From Chrysomallon squamiferum (Eukaryota > Animalia > Mollusca), in the NCBI GenBank assembly GCA_012295275.1, contig CM022668.1:12462001-12526000 (forward strand): 64,000 bases of DNA, read 5' to 3'. Position numbers and translations under genes: made by a program. Within the stretch, counting starts at the first letter, position 1. Each line of letters opens with the position of its first letter. Shown one piece after another: positions 38,810 through 52,555 of the stretch. The notes below the pieces were generated by a model, which saw only the letters and a list, made by a program, of their open reading frames with translations, was not told the origin of the DNA and did no database searches.

Positions 38810-39885
38810 GAAAACCTAACCCTCCAAGTGGAGCTCCAGTCGCCACAGACATTACCCACAATTCATTGATGCTGTCGTGGCAACCGCCGAAACTGACAAG
38901 TGCCGGCAGCATCATTGCGTACACCATCAAAATGAAAGACCTCAGAACACACGAGTGGATAACTCTGACTAAGAGTTGCCAGGGCAACCACTACCTGGTG
39001 AAAAACCTTGAACCCAACTCCTCGTACCAGTTTCGAGTCCTCGCGGAAAACGTCCACGGTCGCAGCAAACCGGGACGATGTTCCGAAGTTGTGCAGACGA
39101 ACAATTTGAATTTTCAAAAAGTCCCCAGCCCGTTGATGGACCGAAAATCACCATCGCTGATGCGACGTCACAGCGTCAACATCCACGTCGAAGGGACGGT
39201 GGCAAACATCTTGAACCACACCGACCCCGTTGTGAAAACGTCAGCATCGTCCAGTGCGCTGAATAACGGCACCTTCCAGAGGGACACGTGTTACAGGAAC
39301 TCGTTACAAACGGGGAGGAAAAGATCCATGAACAGCATTTTACCGGGTACGAAAACCGACTCGTTGCTACGGCTGAAAGACTCGCTGGCGAAGCAGCAGG
39401 CGAATTCCCGCGGCTCGAGCAAGGCCAGTTCCGAAGACATAACCAGAAGCTGCTCGCACGAAAGCAGCATCGACAGAATCGAAAATGAAAGCAATACAGA
39501 TGACCAATCGGTGATCAGCGACAATTTTGTGCGGGATGTCATTTCTCAGAACGGAAATGTTGATGAAGTTGACAACTGCGAGAAGACGTTGTTCAACAAT
39601 TCGGACATGGTTTCGTCTGCAAGAGCGAAAATTCACAACCAGACCGAAATTTCGGGTCAGAAATTCGAGAGCGGATCCAATGATGAAGACTCGTCTTTCG
39701 AATCCAGTCAACAGGATTTTCGGACACTTCGCAACATGCTGAACTCATCGGACATCATAATAAAGTCTTCGCGATCGCTTCCTGAAATTTCTGATATTTA
39801 CAAAACGAACCTAACTCACACGACTCTGAGCACAATTGTTGATGAGGACTCTGATGACGATGCTGTTCAAGTTTCAACGCTGTAG
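38810..39885 (+). CDS. Terminal exon: FN3 domain (MYLK-like) + ~260-aa Ser/acidic low-complexity tail, stop TAG
   Basis: tttttttag acceptor, phase 1; FN3 motifs PxPP..LxLSW.PP..Y...W...L.P...Y.FRV.A.N..G.S.P (about 38810-39100); long clean ORF. Confidence 0.92.
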
Positions 39886-41740
39886 CAGAATTTTAAAATG
39901 ACTGTATTGTGTATAACTACTGTCTTTGGTTGCATCATCTTTTATTATGCGAAAAAGTATAATTTTACGTTTTTTTATTTTAATTTTTTTTTTTTTTTTT
40001 TTTTGATTTATAGATGTATTCATTTATTTTTTATTTATCTTGTTTTAATTTTATTTTAATTTTATTTTATTTATTTTTTTAATGTTATTATTTTTATCAT
40101 TATCTTGATGATCTGTGTTCAAGTGCTGAGTAGACTATTTGTTCTGGTAGAAATACTGGGAACAAAATAAAATTGCTTATAAATGCAAAATAGAAACATA
40201 TTTGATATAAAAAGCCACCAATATGGAAAACATAAAAAAAAAAAAGAATATATCATGCTAGGAAAATATTACTCCAATTAAAAAAAAGGACTAAATATAT
40301 ATATTATTTTATTTATTATTATTATTATTATTATTTAATTAAGAAAATATATTTCTTATATAATAATCAACATATCAAGTTTAAAAACTTAAAATAAAAA
40401 AGCAAAATTAAAAAATAAATCCTTCTGTTACTGTTGTTACCCTCACAACAGAGAATTACCCTGACAACCATTTTCTGTTGCCAATGGTAACAGAATGATT
40501 TATATTTAGCACCTTTGTGTGTCTTAAAATTAACACCAAATGCAAATTCAGAAATATTTAAAAATTATCAGAAATGTCTCTAAGTTTATTAAATCAACTG
40601 GAAATGTATGTCTCTTAATAATTTGTAAACTGATGTCTCTCTTTATATATATTAATATAAATATTTCTACTGTTTATGTTTTTACGTTAAATACACTGGT
40701 GATGATAAAATGCTCAAATATGCAAAACTCAACTCTTCTTTTTCAATTTATTTTTACAATTTATTGTTTTACAATTATGAGCTCAAAAAAAATGTTGACC
40801 ATTTTGATAAAGATCAAATGAAAAAAAAAAAAAAAAATCCAGTGTGATTTTTATTTAAGTCAACCTTTAGATATTGTGTTTCCTTTTATCTGATTGGCTT
40901 GGTTTTTGTCTTTATATTTGTAACGTACATTTTGATTGGTTGGATTTAAATATTTAGTCCTGTTTTATGTTTTCCATTGATAAAAGATCTCCAGTGTTCA
41001 ATTTTGGTGGTTGTTCTTTTTTTCTTTTCTTTTTTTATGATTTATTTTCAGTTTTGTGTACCTTTAAAAACAAATATATATAACCTAAACTGACAAAAAA
41101 ATCTCAATTTGATTGGTCCAATTTTTGACTTAAAAAAGCATTTACTTGATGTGGTTGGGTGCATTTAATTTTTATTTTAAAATTTAGTGTATATAATTTT
41201 TATTTTTAAGAAAATAAGAAAATAAAAATTTATACAGAGAAAAAAAAAAAGAGAGAAAGAAATTTGTTGCCTCAGTCTTTGAGCACTTTTGCTTCTGACA
41301 CTAATTTCGTGGTGCCTTAAAATCTTTTATTTTAAAAAAAGCAATAAAAATAAAGTCATATCATATATATTACAAAATAATTATTTGTAGTATTACTTAT
41401 TTATTTTATGTTGTAAATTTGTATCCATGACATATTTTTATTTAATCTTCAAATATTAGATGTAAAGCTAGCGTTATTCAGATTTAAGCTTTAAAAATTA
41501 AATTACTGCATAGATATATATATATATATATATATTTAGAAACAGTGCCATTACATATATATATATTTGGTGATGTCAAAATACAGCTATTTGAAATTAA
41601 TTACATGGATAAAAATTATTAGTTTTCATGTCTTTAAAAATGTAAAATAAAATTTTTGGATGAAAAATATTTATTCCTTAAATTTTATTTTTTTATTTAT
41701 TTTTTTTTTTATTTATTCATTTTTTTTTTTAAATTTTATT

Positions 41741-41777
<37 letters not shown>

Positions 41778-42102
41778 TTTGATATGATTTCTGCACAAAA
41801 TAATAGAATTATTCTGATTGGCCATAAACTATAAACATCACCAAATATATAATACAATACAGAATTTAAACAAAAAATAAAAATGTTGTTTGTAGATAAA
41901 AAAAAAGAAGCAGGAAGGAAGATCTGTAATAAAAGCAACAAAATTGTTGGACAAGATAAAATAAAGTTTAGTTTAACAGAACCTTATCTTTTTTATTTCT
42001 TTATTTGAATATAAAATTTATTAAAACCTTTATTAAAATCGCTGTTATGTAATTATCAAATTCCTGATTACGTGTTGCTGGATGTTAAAATGGTTTGATT
42101 AA

Positions 42103-42234
<132 letters not shown>

Positions 42235-43869
42235 AGAAACACACACACAAACACAGTTTTAGATGACAGTAGGCAAACTTTTTGTTCACTTATTTCATTC
42301 TTTATATGTTGCTATAACTATATTTTTTATAGAATATATATATATATAAAACAATATTTACAGAAAAAATTAAATAAATAAATAAAATACAGTTTTCAAA
42401 AAATTAAATTTAAAAGAAATTAAATTTGAAAAGGGCAGTTTTAAATTTCTTCTCATAAAGCAGAATTTTATGGATTATTATAACAAATAACAAAATAAAA
42501 CAAAAAAGCTACTGAAAATGAAATTGCAAAATCGTTTATTTTAATTATTATCATAGCAAAAGGTATATAATGACTGAGTCTACAATCTAGTGTCAATAAT
42601 TTGAAGTGAAAATCTACAGTGACTGAGTCTCACTGTGACATTTAATACAACGTTAATATTTAATTTTCTTTTCTAATTAATAAATTAAAAATAATAATAA
42701 TAATAAATAAATTGTTATGAAAACTGATGCCAGGAGAAATCAAATGAATTTATTACTTATTATTTTATTTAATAATATTTCCAGTCATTTTAAATATAGG
42801 TAAACATGTATTTTTAATAGATTACTGTATTATAAACACAAAAATAATTACTTTTTGTTTTTATAAATATGTAATTAGATTAAATAAAATTAGTTATCTG
42901 TAGCTAAATAAATTAATATTATATGTAAATAAAGGATAAAGTATTTTAATATTAAAATATAGATTTCTCTTCATAATTATTCAAGTCTCTGGCAGGAAAT
43001 TATATTAATATTTTCATTTTCTTTATTGTTTTCTTTTCTTTATAATTTAAAAAAAAAGAATCTTTTTTTTTTTTGCCAAATCCCATAAACCAAACAAAGA
43101 AAAAAAAATTAAATCACACCAAAATACACCAAAGTATAAGCCATTAATTCACACCACCAATATAACAATGTTCACACACAAACTGACAAGAAATTACGTA
43201 TGCATTATAAAGTACTTATTCCGTGTGAGAAACTTTCAACACCACCCGGTGCAAATAATCCAATTAGACTGAACCTGCCTGTCACAACCTGGATGTGCAC
43301 TGGACGGTGCGAAATCAAGCTGTGAATAGTAAATCGTGCTCTTATTTTCACCTCATTAATCCTTTTATCATTCTCACCTCTGCAGTTTCTATGCCTGGTT
43401 TCATTTCATTTAACAATCTGACGAACATCTATTTCGATAACTAGTCGCATTTCAAAAAAGTTTAAGGTCAAAGGTCATGTCCCTGGGTGTTGTCCTTTTT
43501 CTCAGCTTCTGATGTTTACTGTATTTATTATTTTTTTTCTCTCTATAAGGATTCAAGATTTCATACAGAGATTGGTTAATTTTCAATATTCTTATTAGGA
43601 TTTGAGATATTTTACACCATTTTTTGTTGTCAGTATTCTTTTTAAGGATTATTTATAGACCATTTTGCCTTCAGTATTTTCTATAAGTTTTAGAAATGCA
43701 GAGACAGACCAGTTTGTTGTATACATTCTCTTGTTAAAAAAAACAAAAACATTTATAGACCACATTCTCTATAAGGATTGAAATGGTCTTTATTTGTTCC
43801 CTATATACACAAATCAGAAATATAGGGAAAGAAACTTGTGGAAGTATTTGATGCAGAATTGACTTTGTA

Positions 43870-43920
43870 ATGTCTTCCTTGGATAATTCTGCTGGAAATG
43901 ATGGATCCCAAAAGACATGG
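43870..43920 (+). CDS. Candidate first coding exon (MSSLDNSAGNDGSQKTW), phase 0
   Basis: ATG, 17 codons, consensus donor TGG|GTAAGT; partner exon not seen in window. Confidence 0.35.
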
Positions 43921-44401
43921 GTAAGTTCAAGAATCTGGACATTTCTCTGCCTCTGTCTGTCTGTCTGTCTGTCTGTCTGGCACTCTGTATTTATCTTTCT
44001 TACATACTGACAAACACGCACGCACACACACACACACACACACAGACACGCACATACAGACTCACATAACATACACATTCTGAAAATGTTTATAGTGAAA
44101 ATGAACAAACTGAATAATCAGTTTTCATTTTATTAAAAAAACTGCTCAATTCATATTTACTGTCTGGTGTCTGTCCATGTGTGTGTATGTAAGTCTGTGC
44201 ATCATTCAATAACAGAGAGGTAAAGTTTGAGATATTCAATTTTCTTTGTCTTGTTCAGTTTCTGTCTTCTCTCATTCCTTTCTTTCTGTCATTCCATTAT
44301 CATTTAGCATTTTCTCTCATTTGTTTTTTTTCTGTGTCTTATCTCTCTCTCTCTCAGCCTCACTCTTCCACTATTTCTCACTCCCTTTCTTTCTGTATTC
44401 T

Positions 44402-44499
<98 letters not shown>

Positions 44500-45160
44500 A
44501 TTTCTCAGTCTCTCTCTTTACTTCACTCCGTCTGAACCTCTCTCTAATTCTTTCGCTCTACTTTTCCACTTTAAATCTAATAAATATTCTCACCAGCCAC
44601 TTCAGTTCAAAACTCAGAATACCAGACCAGTATAAAATGTACACAAAGCATTGTAAATTAAACCAACCCATATAATCTGTACACACAAACGTTGTGATTC
44701 AAAATAACACCAGGTGTGTTATCAGTTTTTAAAAGTGTGGCGTGACACCTCAAAGACACTGTTGACCAAGGCTTAAGGAATGCTGATAAAACTCTTTTCA
44801 TCTTTGAACATTGCAAAAGTGCATGACAGACTGAGTATGATAAAATTTCAGTTGATACAGTAACAACTGATAAGGGGAAAATTTTAATAAATAACAATGA
44901 CTCAGGATTGTGTTATTTTGTCAAATAATTCAAGATTAAAGTTTTGTTTATAATGTTAACAGATGTTTTTGATGATTTATTTTATTTATTTATTTATTTA
45001 TTTTATTTTAATGTTAAGTTATATCTATAGTATCATTATATAATAATATCAATAATAACAACAACAACAATAATAATACTTTAATTATAACAATAACAAA
45101 AATAATAAAAATAATAATAACAACAACAACAGGAAAAAAAAATAATAATAATTAATTAAT

Positions 45161-45194
<34 letters not shown>

Positions 45195-45317
45195 AATAAA
45201 ACAAAATAATAACAAAGTAATGAATTACTTTAATAATAATAATAACAAAAACACAGCAATAGTTATATATGATAATTTATTAGTAGTATTTATTAATTTA
45301 TTTTATTATAAATTTTA

Positions 45318-45382
<65 letters not shown>

Positions 45383-45800
45383 GACAACAACAATATAATG
45401 ACAATATCAATAATGACAGCAACAATAACAATAATAATAACAATATCTAACAACATCAACATTAATAATAAATAATTTTCATCCACAAATATTTCAAAGT
45501 AATATTTCAGTTCTCACAAATTCTTCCTATTCAGCATCAAAACCTGTTTCAAAATTCTTTTTCACATCCACAAACACCCAGTTATTTTTCACATTTTTAT
45601 CACAAGAAAAATCTCTACCTGAAAACAGGTCACAGGCAAAATTTAAACATACCTGTACTTACCTGTGTGAAATTGATTGTGTCAGGTGAAACAGTGAAAT
45701 GACTTCAAAGTAAAAATATTTCACCAATGTTGAGTATCTATTATGTTTATATATTGAGTTACTGGCTGTGGGAATGCTGATTATATTTACTTATATAATG

Positions 45801-45845
<45 letters not shown>

Positions 45846-46115
45846 GTCTTTTTTTTTTTTCTTCACATTATTACTAATACACATATATACACATATACAT
45901 ACATATAGATATACAATTATGCATATACAAGTATGTAATTACACACATATACATACATACATACATACATACAAACCTATACACATACATACATACATAT
46001 ATACATACATACATACAAACATATACACACATATACTACATATATACATATATACATACATACATACATACATACATACAAACATACATACACAGATACA
46101 TACACATATACATAC

Positions 46116-46164
<49 letters not shown>

Positions 46165-46169
46165 CATAC

Positions 46170-46216
<47 letters not shown>

Positions 46217-47203
46217 TATATACATACATACATACATACAAACATACATACATAATACACACAGACATTTTACATATGTTTGAAAACAAAGATGGACAGA
46301 TTTTTAAATTTTATTCATTCACGTTATTATTATTGTCTTATTACTATAACTACTTCTATTATTATTATTATTATTATTATTATTATGATTACTATTATGG
46401 CTGTAAAGGCTAGTATCATTACCATTATTGATTTTATGACTTTTTCATCATCATCATCATCATCATCATCACTGAATCATTAGACATGAAAACCATCAAA
46501 AAGTTCAATAACCAGCACGAAATCGGTCACCTTAAAATCTCACATTTTGTATCAATGCAAAACTATTATCAACTGTGATACAACAAACAGATTTTAAAAG
46601 CTGTGAACAGACAACTGCCATTGTAATGTTTTCAAATCAACCACAGTAACACTTCTCAGGTATCTGAATATAACAGCAAACACAAAAGCAATTTGTATTT
46701 AACAAATTCAACAAAAAATGTTTTTTTTTTTTTTTTTTTAAATATAAACAAAAATCCATGCATTATGCCTTCGGTGTTATTATTATATTCCGGTACTTGT
46801 GAATTCTTTGCGGTAATTTAAGGTAATTAACACAGACTAAAGACTGGGTGTCATGGTAAGAGGGTATAAGTATGGCAGCCATGCTGTGTTTGTTGTTGTG
46901 TTGTTTGTGTTTTGTTTGAGGTATGAAATTTAATATCAGACAAATATACATGTTTTATTGTTACAGAATAAATAATGTTAACTGTCATGTTTTGATAGGA
47001 ACACAAGATTGTTCTTTTTTTAATTTCTAATTTTTTTTTTTATCTATTTTTAATCTTTAATTGTCATTTTGTATATTCAAAATCTTGTATTTTTATTCTT
47101 TTTAATATTTCCAGTCTGTGTATTTATTAATTTTATTAGTTCCAATCTCTCTCTCTCTTTCTTTTTCTATTTTTTCTTTTTTTCTTCATATTATTACAAA
47201 TAA

Positions 47204-47257
<54 letters not shown>

Positions 47258-47617
47258 TAAGTCCCCAATCTTGTATTTTTATCCATTTTTTTTTATTTGT
47301 CTCGATTTTCATTTTACAAATTTCAGTTACAATTTTCGTGATAATTTGGCCTCATCTTTCAAAGTTAATTTAAATAGAAATAATTTAATTTTGAATTCCA
47401 AAGGTCTAGCCAAAACAGTAATAAAAAATGTAATTGATTTAAAATGTTAAAGAAATAATATAATTTCTATTATTGTTGTAAATAATCTTCTCTTTTTTTT
47501 AAAGTCAGAAATGATTTGGGGTTTTTTAGTTTTTCATTTATGTCTGAGTATCAGTCTGTCTCTGATTATGTACATTTGTCTGTGTGTGTGTGTGTGTGTG
47601 AGTGTGTGTGTGAGTGT

Positions 47618-47722
<105 letters not shown>

Positions 47723-48245
47723 AGTGTATAATTTATGTATGTGAAGGGTATTCATTTTATGTGTGTCTGTATTTATATATCTATCTGAATATATGTATGT
47801 ATGTATATATGCATGTATAATTGTATGAATGTATGTATATATGTATATATGCATGTATGATTGTATGTATGTATGATTGTATGTATGTATGTATGTATGT
47901 ATGTATGTATGTATGATATGTATGATTATATGTATATTATGCTTTTGGGTGGATGTATGCGAATATATTATGTAAGGGTAGTTGTATGTACACAAGTATG
48001 TACATACCTCCACATATACGTTATAACACATATTACACAAACATGAAATAAAATGAACTGCCTTACACAACAGCACATAACAGAGTATTTAACTGACAAC
48101 AGAAACCTTCACAGACAGCCTCAATGTTATTTTGTCAGCATTAATAACGTATCAGTGAATATTCAAAACATCTGACATGTGACAGCAAAGTAATTTCTCA
48201 AACCAATTCATCACTTTCAAGTCTGCCAGCCAGCAAGGTCAAAAC

Positions 48246-48275
48246 ATGGCAGAGGAACAGAAGAAGAGGAAGAAG
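48246..48275 (+). CDS. Candidate first coding exon (MAEEQKKRKK), phase 0
   Basis: aaacATGG context, donor AAG|GTAAAC, within a non-repetitive purine-rich island. Confidence 0.3.
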
Positions 48276-48624
48276 GTAAACCTTAAGGCATAGATAAAGA
48301 AGAAACCTACCTGCAGGCAAGGTGAAGCAGGTTGTTGTATTTTTTTCTTCTGCAATGTTGGAGTTAGGCTTGTAATTCAAGGAGACATAAAGATCCCTTT
48401 AAGAGGGGTCTTTATTATTGTCCCCCCCTTTGTTAATGCTCTTCAAGAAGGAAGGTAATAAAAGAAAGTGAGTTTATAAGAGGTTACTCCTTAGGGAACA
48501 AAAGAAAAGAAGAAAGAAATTTAAAGGAGCTCTGGTAAGATATGTTGCTGTGTGAAGTAATGTGTCTGCTTTGAAGAATCCACTGTTTAATGTTGTTCTC
48601 AACCATGTAATGGAGTTTTGATGA

Positions 48625-48940
48625 CAGGGTTTTATTCTGTTGTGACCCTAAAATTTGTTTTTGGGGATAAACGTATTTTGTTTAATGTTGTTTTGACCCT
48701 AAAATTGGTTAATTCTGGATAAGAGTTTTTTATTTAATGTTGTTTTGACCCTAAAATTGGTTTATTCTGGATAAAAGTATTTTATTTAATGTTATTTTTA
48801 CCCTAAAATTGGTTTATTTTCGGATAAGAGTATTTTAATTTAATGTTGTTTTGATCCTAAAATTGGAACTTCTATAAAAGACACTGTATGATGTTTTTAA
48901 CACTAAAATTTAGTTTATTTAATCTTGTTTTGATCTTAAA
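48625..48940. repeat. ~50-bp tandem repeat (tttaatgttgttttgaccctaaaattggtttattctggataa)
   Basis: About 6 copies. Confidence 0.85.
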
Positions 48941-49329
48941 AAGGATTTTCTATACAGCTAATTTGCTGTTATATTGAGTTCTGATAATAGGCAAAAGTTA
49001 ATGTACCATTTAAATATCAATCTTAGACACAGTGACATGATTCAACATGTTAAACATATTTCAAAAAAATTTCTTTATCAAATTTGTTTGAATTTAAAGT
49101 GTGTCATGCTTAAGAGAATTATTATATAAAATTTTATTGGTATTGTTTTGTTTTTTGTTTGTTTTTTTGTTATTTTTTTAACAAAATTTTTATTTTATTT
49201 TGTTATCTATCTCAGTAAAAATAATAAAATGAATATAAACAAAAGTTAAAGGGCAACAATTACAATAAAATACATCGCAATGACAGTAATAGACGTAATA
49301 TTAACAAATTGTTTAAAAACATGAAGAGG

Positions 49330-49800
49330 TTTATCTTTTGAGTCCAGGACTTCACATGCTTAACCAAAATGAGTCCAGAACTTCACATGCTTATCTTTTG
49401 AGTCCAGGACTTCACATGCTTATCTTTTGAGTCCAGGACTTCACATGCTTATCTTTTGAGTCCAGGACTTCACATACTTATCTTTTGAGCCCAGGACTTC
49501 ACATGCTTATCTTTTGAGTCCAGTACTTCACATGCTTAACCGAAATGAGTCCAAGACTTCACATACTTATCTTTTGAGTCCAGGACTTCACATGCTTAAT
49601 CAAAATGAGTCCAAGACTTCACATGCTTATCTTTTGAGTCCAGGACTTCACATGCTTAATCAAAATGAGTCCAAGACTTCACATGCTTAATCAAAATGAG
49701 TCCAAGACTTCACATGCTTATCTTTTAAGCCCAGGACTTCACATGCTTAACCGAAATGTGTCCATGATTTTAAGTGCTGAACCAAAATGTGTCCAGGACA
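49330..49800. repeat. 29/31-bp two-variant minisatellite (gagtccaggacttcacatgc core)
   Basis: About 15 copies of ttatcttttgagtccaggacttcacatgc or ttaatcaaaatgagtccaagacttcacatgc. Confidence 0.95.
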
Positions 49801-50019
49801 TATGTCCCACTCAGTGTTGATGTGACAAATTACAAGTGTCAGTCAGAACGTTGGTGTAGCTGTTGTTTGCTGCCACTCAAACAGAAATATTTTAGTTATA
49901 AAACAGTTGACAGGTCAGAGGTCTTTTATCAAGGGTCAAGGTTACTGCATAGCAACAGAAATCTCAAATGATTTTGAAGACTGATAAGAAAATATCAAGA
50001 CCAAAAACTTTTAAGCACT

Positions 50020-50052
<33 letters not shown>

Positions 50053-50751
50053 ATACTCAACACATAAAGGCAACATGCATACATACATATATAAATACAC
50101 ACACACATACACACACACAAAACAATATGGATACGTACATATATACATACACACACATACACACCAAAACACATACACATACATACATATATAAGTACAC
50201 ACACACACATATACCCCATACATACAGACACACCCATCCACACACAGACACACACACTCACATACACACAAATTAATACACCCTTAAACAATTTAAAAAC
50301 ATAGAGATATCAAATTCCTGAAATACCTTTCCGGTATGTAAATAATCATCTGATTCACACCTGTTCGTACCTGCTTACTCACACCATTTTTGTCTCAGGT
50401 ATAATTAAGTATTATTTCCTGATGCCACCCCCACCCACTCTAAATATAGATACATATATACAGACAGACAGGCAAACATATATATATATATATATATGTG
50501 TATATATTTAACACCCACTTCAAATATATATATACATATTATATATAGTTATACACTTATTTCAAATATATATACACACAGAGAGATAGCATACACACAT
50601 TATATACATATATATATATATATACTGAAATATACACATACAGCAAATAAATGGACAGACACATACACACACATATATGAAATTAAATACACAAATTTAA
50701 ATGCATATATACTTACTAAAAATGCACACATTTCACTACTAACTTATAAAC

Positions 50752-50797
<46 letters not shown>

Positions 50798-51178
50798 ACA
50801 CTACAAATACAAATATACCTACATACATAGACACACACACATATATATAAAAAAAAATTTAAAATTAAACAAACAACATCAACAATGAAATATTTTACAC
50901 GATTTATTACACCAACTTTATATTCAATAATGATTGAGTGTTAAATATTTATCATAGATTTACTGGCCTTTATGGTTGAGACTGGAGTAGAGTAAATATA
51001 AATAAGATAAGAAAACAGACACAGAATCCTCTACATACACAAGTACTTACTTAACAGTTTGTCATAAATTATTATGTCTGTATATGCTAGACTTGCTCAA
51101 GTCTGTACTATAGATTTTTCTTTATTTCATTGATCTGTTTGAACATCTCCATATATATAAATACTTTGTGTGTATATT

Positions 51179-51212
<34 letters not shown>

Positions 51213-51994
51213 GTGTATATTTAGTTAATTAGTTTTTAATAAATCCAGTGATATCAAAAATAATTTAGAAAAAGGAAGAATAAGGAAGTGTATTTAATAT
51301 TTATTATGATATTCATATTTACATTTTTTACTTTTTGATTTGACACATATGCTTGCTTATATATAAATAAACACAGAGACCTAACTTCATAAAAGCACTT
51401 TCAGACACACACACTCACACACACACATATGAACATACAAACACATGACATCTGATTCATTTACAGACACGCACAAAAAGACACACACACACAACAACAC
51501 ACACACACACTTTCATAGCCATCCACATTCTCAAATGAAAACATCAGAACTCAGTGACATACACGTCGATGTAACCAAAAATGACAATAAGCAAGTCTAG
51601 CACACCTCACCTGTCTGGAAGACACATTAAAGTTTACCTGCACTCAGTGTCACCACCATTGCACGCTTCACTGACCCTGACAACAGGGCACGACCACCTG
51701 CAGTAAAATGTGACATTCCTAACCTGTCCAGCATCAGAATGACCAGTTACTGACCAGCGTCCACTCCCAGGCTGTCAATAAAGAGGACCATCTCTTGCTG
51801 CCCACCTGATTAGAGATTCAGATCATTTTTTTAAAATTATAATAAAATTATAATAAAATTATAATAAAATTACAATACGAAATGGTGATAAGTATAGAAA
51901 AAAATGTTTTTAAGATATTTGTAGATTTACATGTTGTATCTTGATAAAGTAAACCATAATATTAATATACTTGTATAAATAAATAAATAAATAA

Positions 51995-52035
<41 letters not shown>

Positions 52036-52191
52036 TAGATAGATAGATAGAAAGATAAATAAAAATTAGTAAGAAAAATGATGATGATAATTATAACAAA
52101 TGATTATATAACAACAATAACAACAACAACAATAATAATAATTATGCTTCTTTATTTCTTAGTTGTTGATTTTGGATTCTCTTCTGCACAT

Positions 52192-52194
<3 letters not shown>

Positions 52195-52269
<75 letters not shown>

Positions 52270-52306
52270 AAATACAAAGCCCTACAGCTCTGCATGTCTC
52301 TATTAG

Positions 52307-52384
<78 letters not shown>

Positions 52385-52420
52385 AAATACAAAGCCCTAC
52401 AGCTCTGTATGTCTCATTAG

Positions 52421-52492
<72 letters not shown>

Positions 52493-52555
52493 AAATACAA
52501 AGCCCTACAGCTCTGCATGTCTCTATTAGTAATCTCTCTCTCTCTCTCTCTCTCT
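52195..52555. repeat. Compound repeat: three ~45-bp units separated by (CT)n tracts
   Basis: gtataaatacaaagccctacagctctgcatgtctctattagtaat at 52266, 52381 and 52489. Confidence 0.92.

Noticed and set aside
39712-39740. QDFRTLRNML as an MLCK DFRxxL actin-binding motif
   Set aside because: Position 6 is Arg rather than Leu, and it is a single copy
38787-39742. Overlapping alternative-frame and antisense ORFs in the FN3 exon (also around 2329-2619 and 8033-8381)
   Set aside because: Shadow ORFs of GC-richer coding sequence with no motifs
40477-40491. Isolated X-box-like GTTGCCAATGGTAAC in the presumed 3' UTR
   Set aside because: Single motif with no nearby start-site evidence
39886-42100. Specific poly(A) signal for the terminal exon
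   Set aside because: AATAAA occurs many times in this AT-rich region, so none can be singled out
49330-49800. ~30-bp repeat array as a CRISPR array
   Set aside because: Contiguous tandem units with no unique spacers, no cas genes, eukaryotic context
52195-52555. Repeat-spacer-repeat pattern as CRISPR-like
   Set aside because: The spacers are (CT)n tracts; simple triplication of a microsatellite-containing unit
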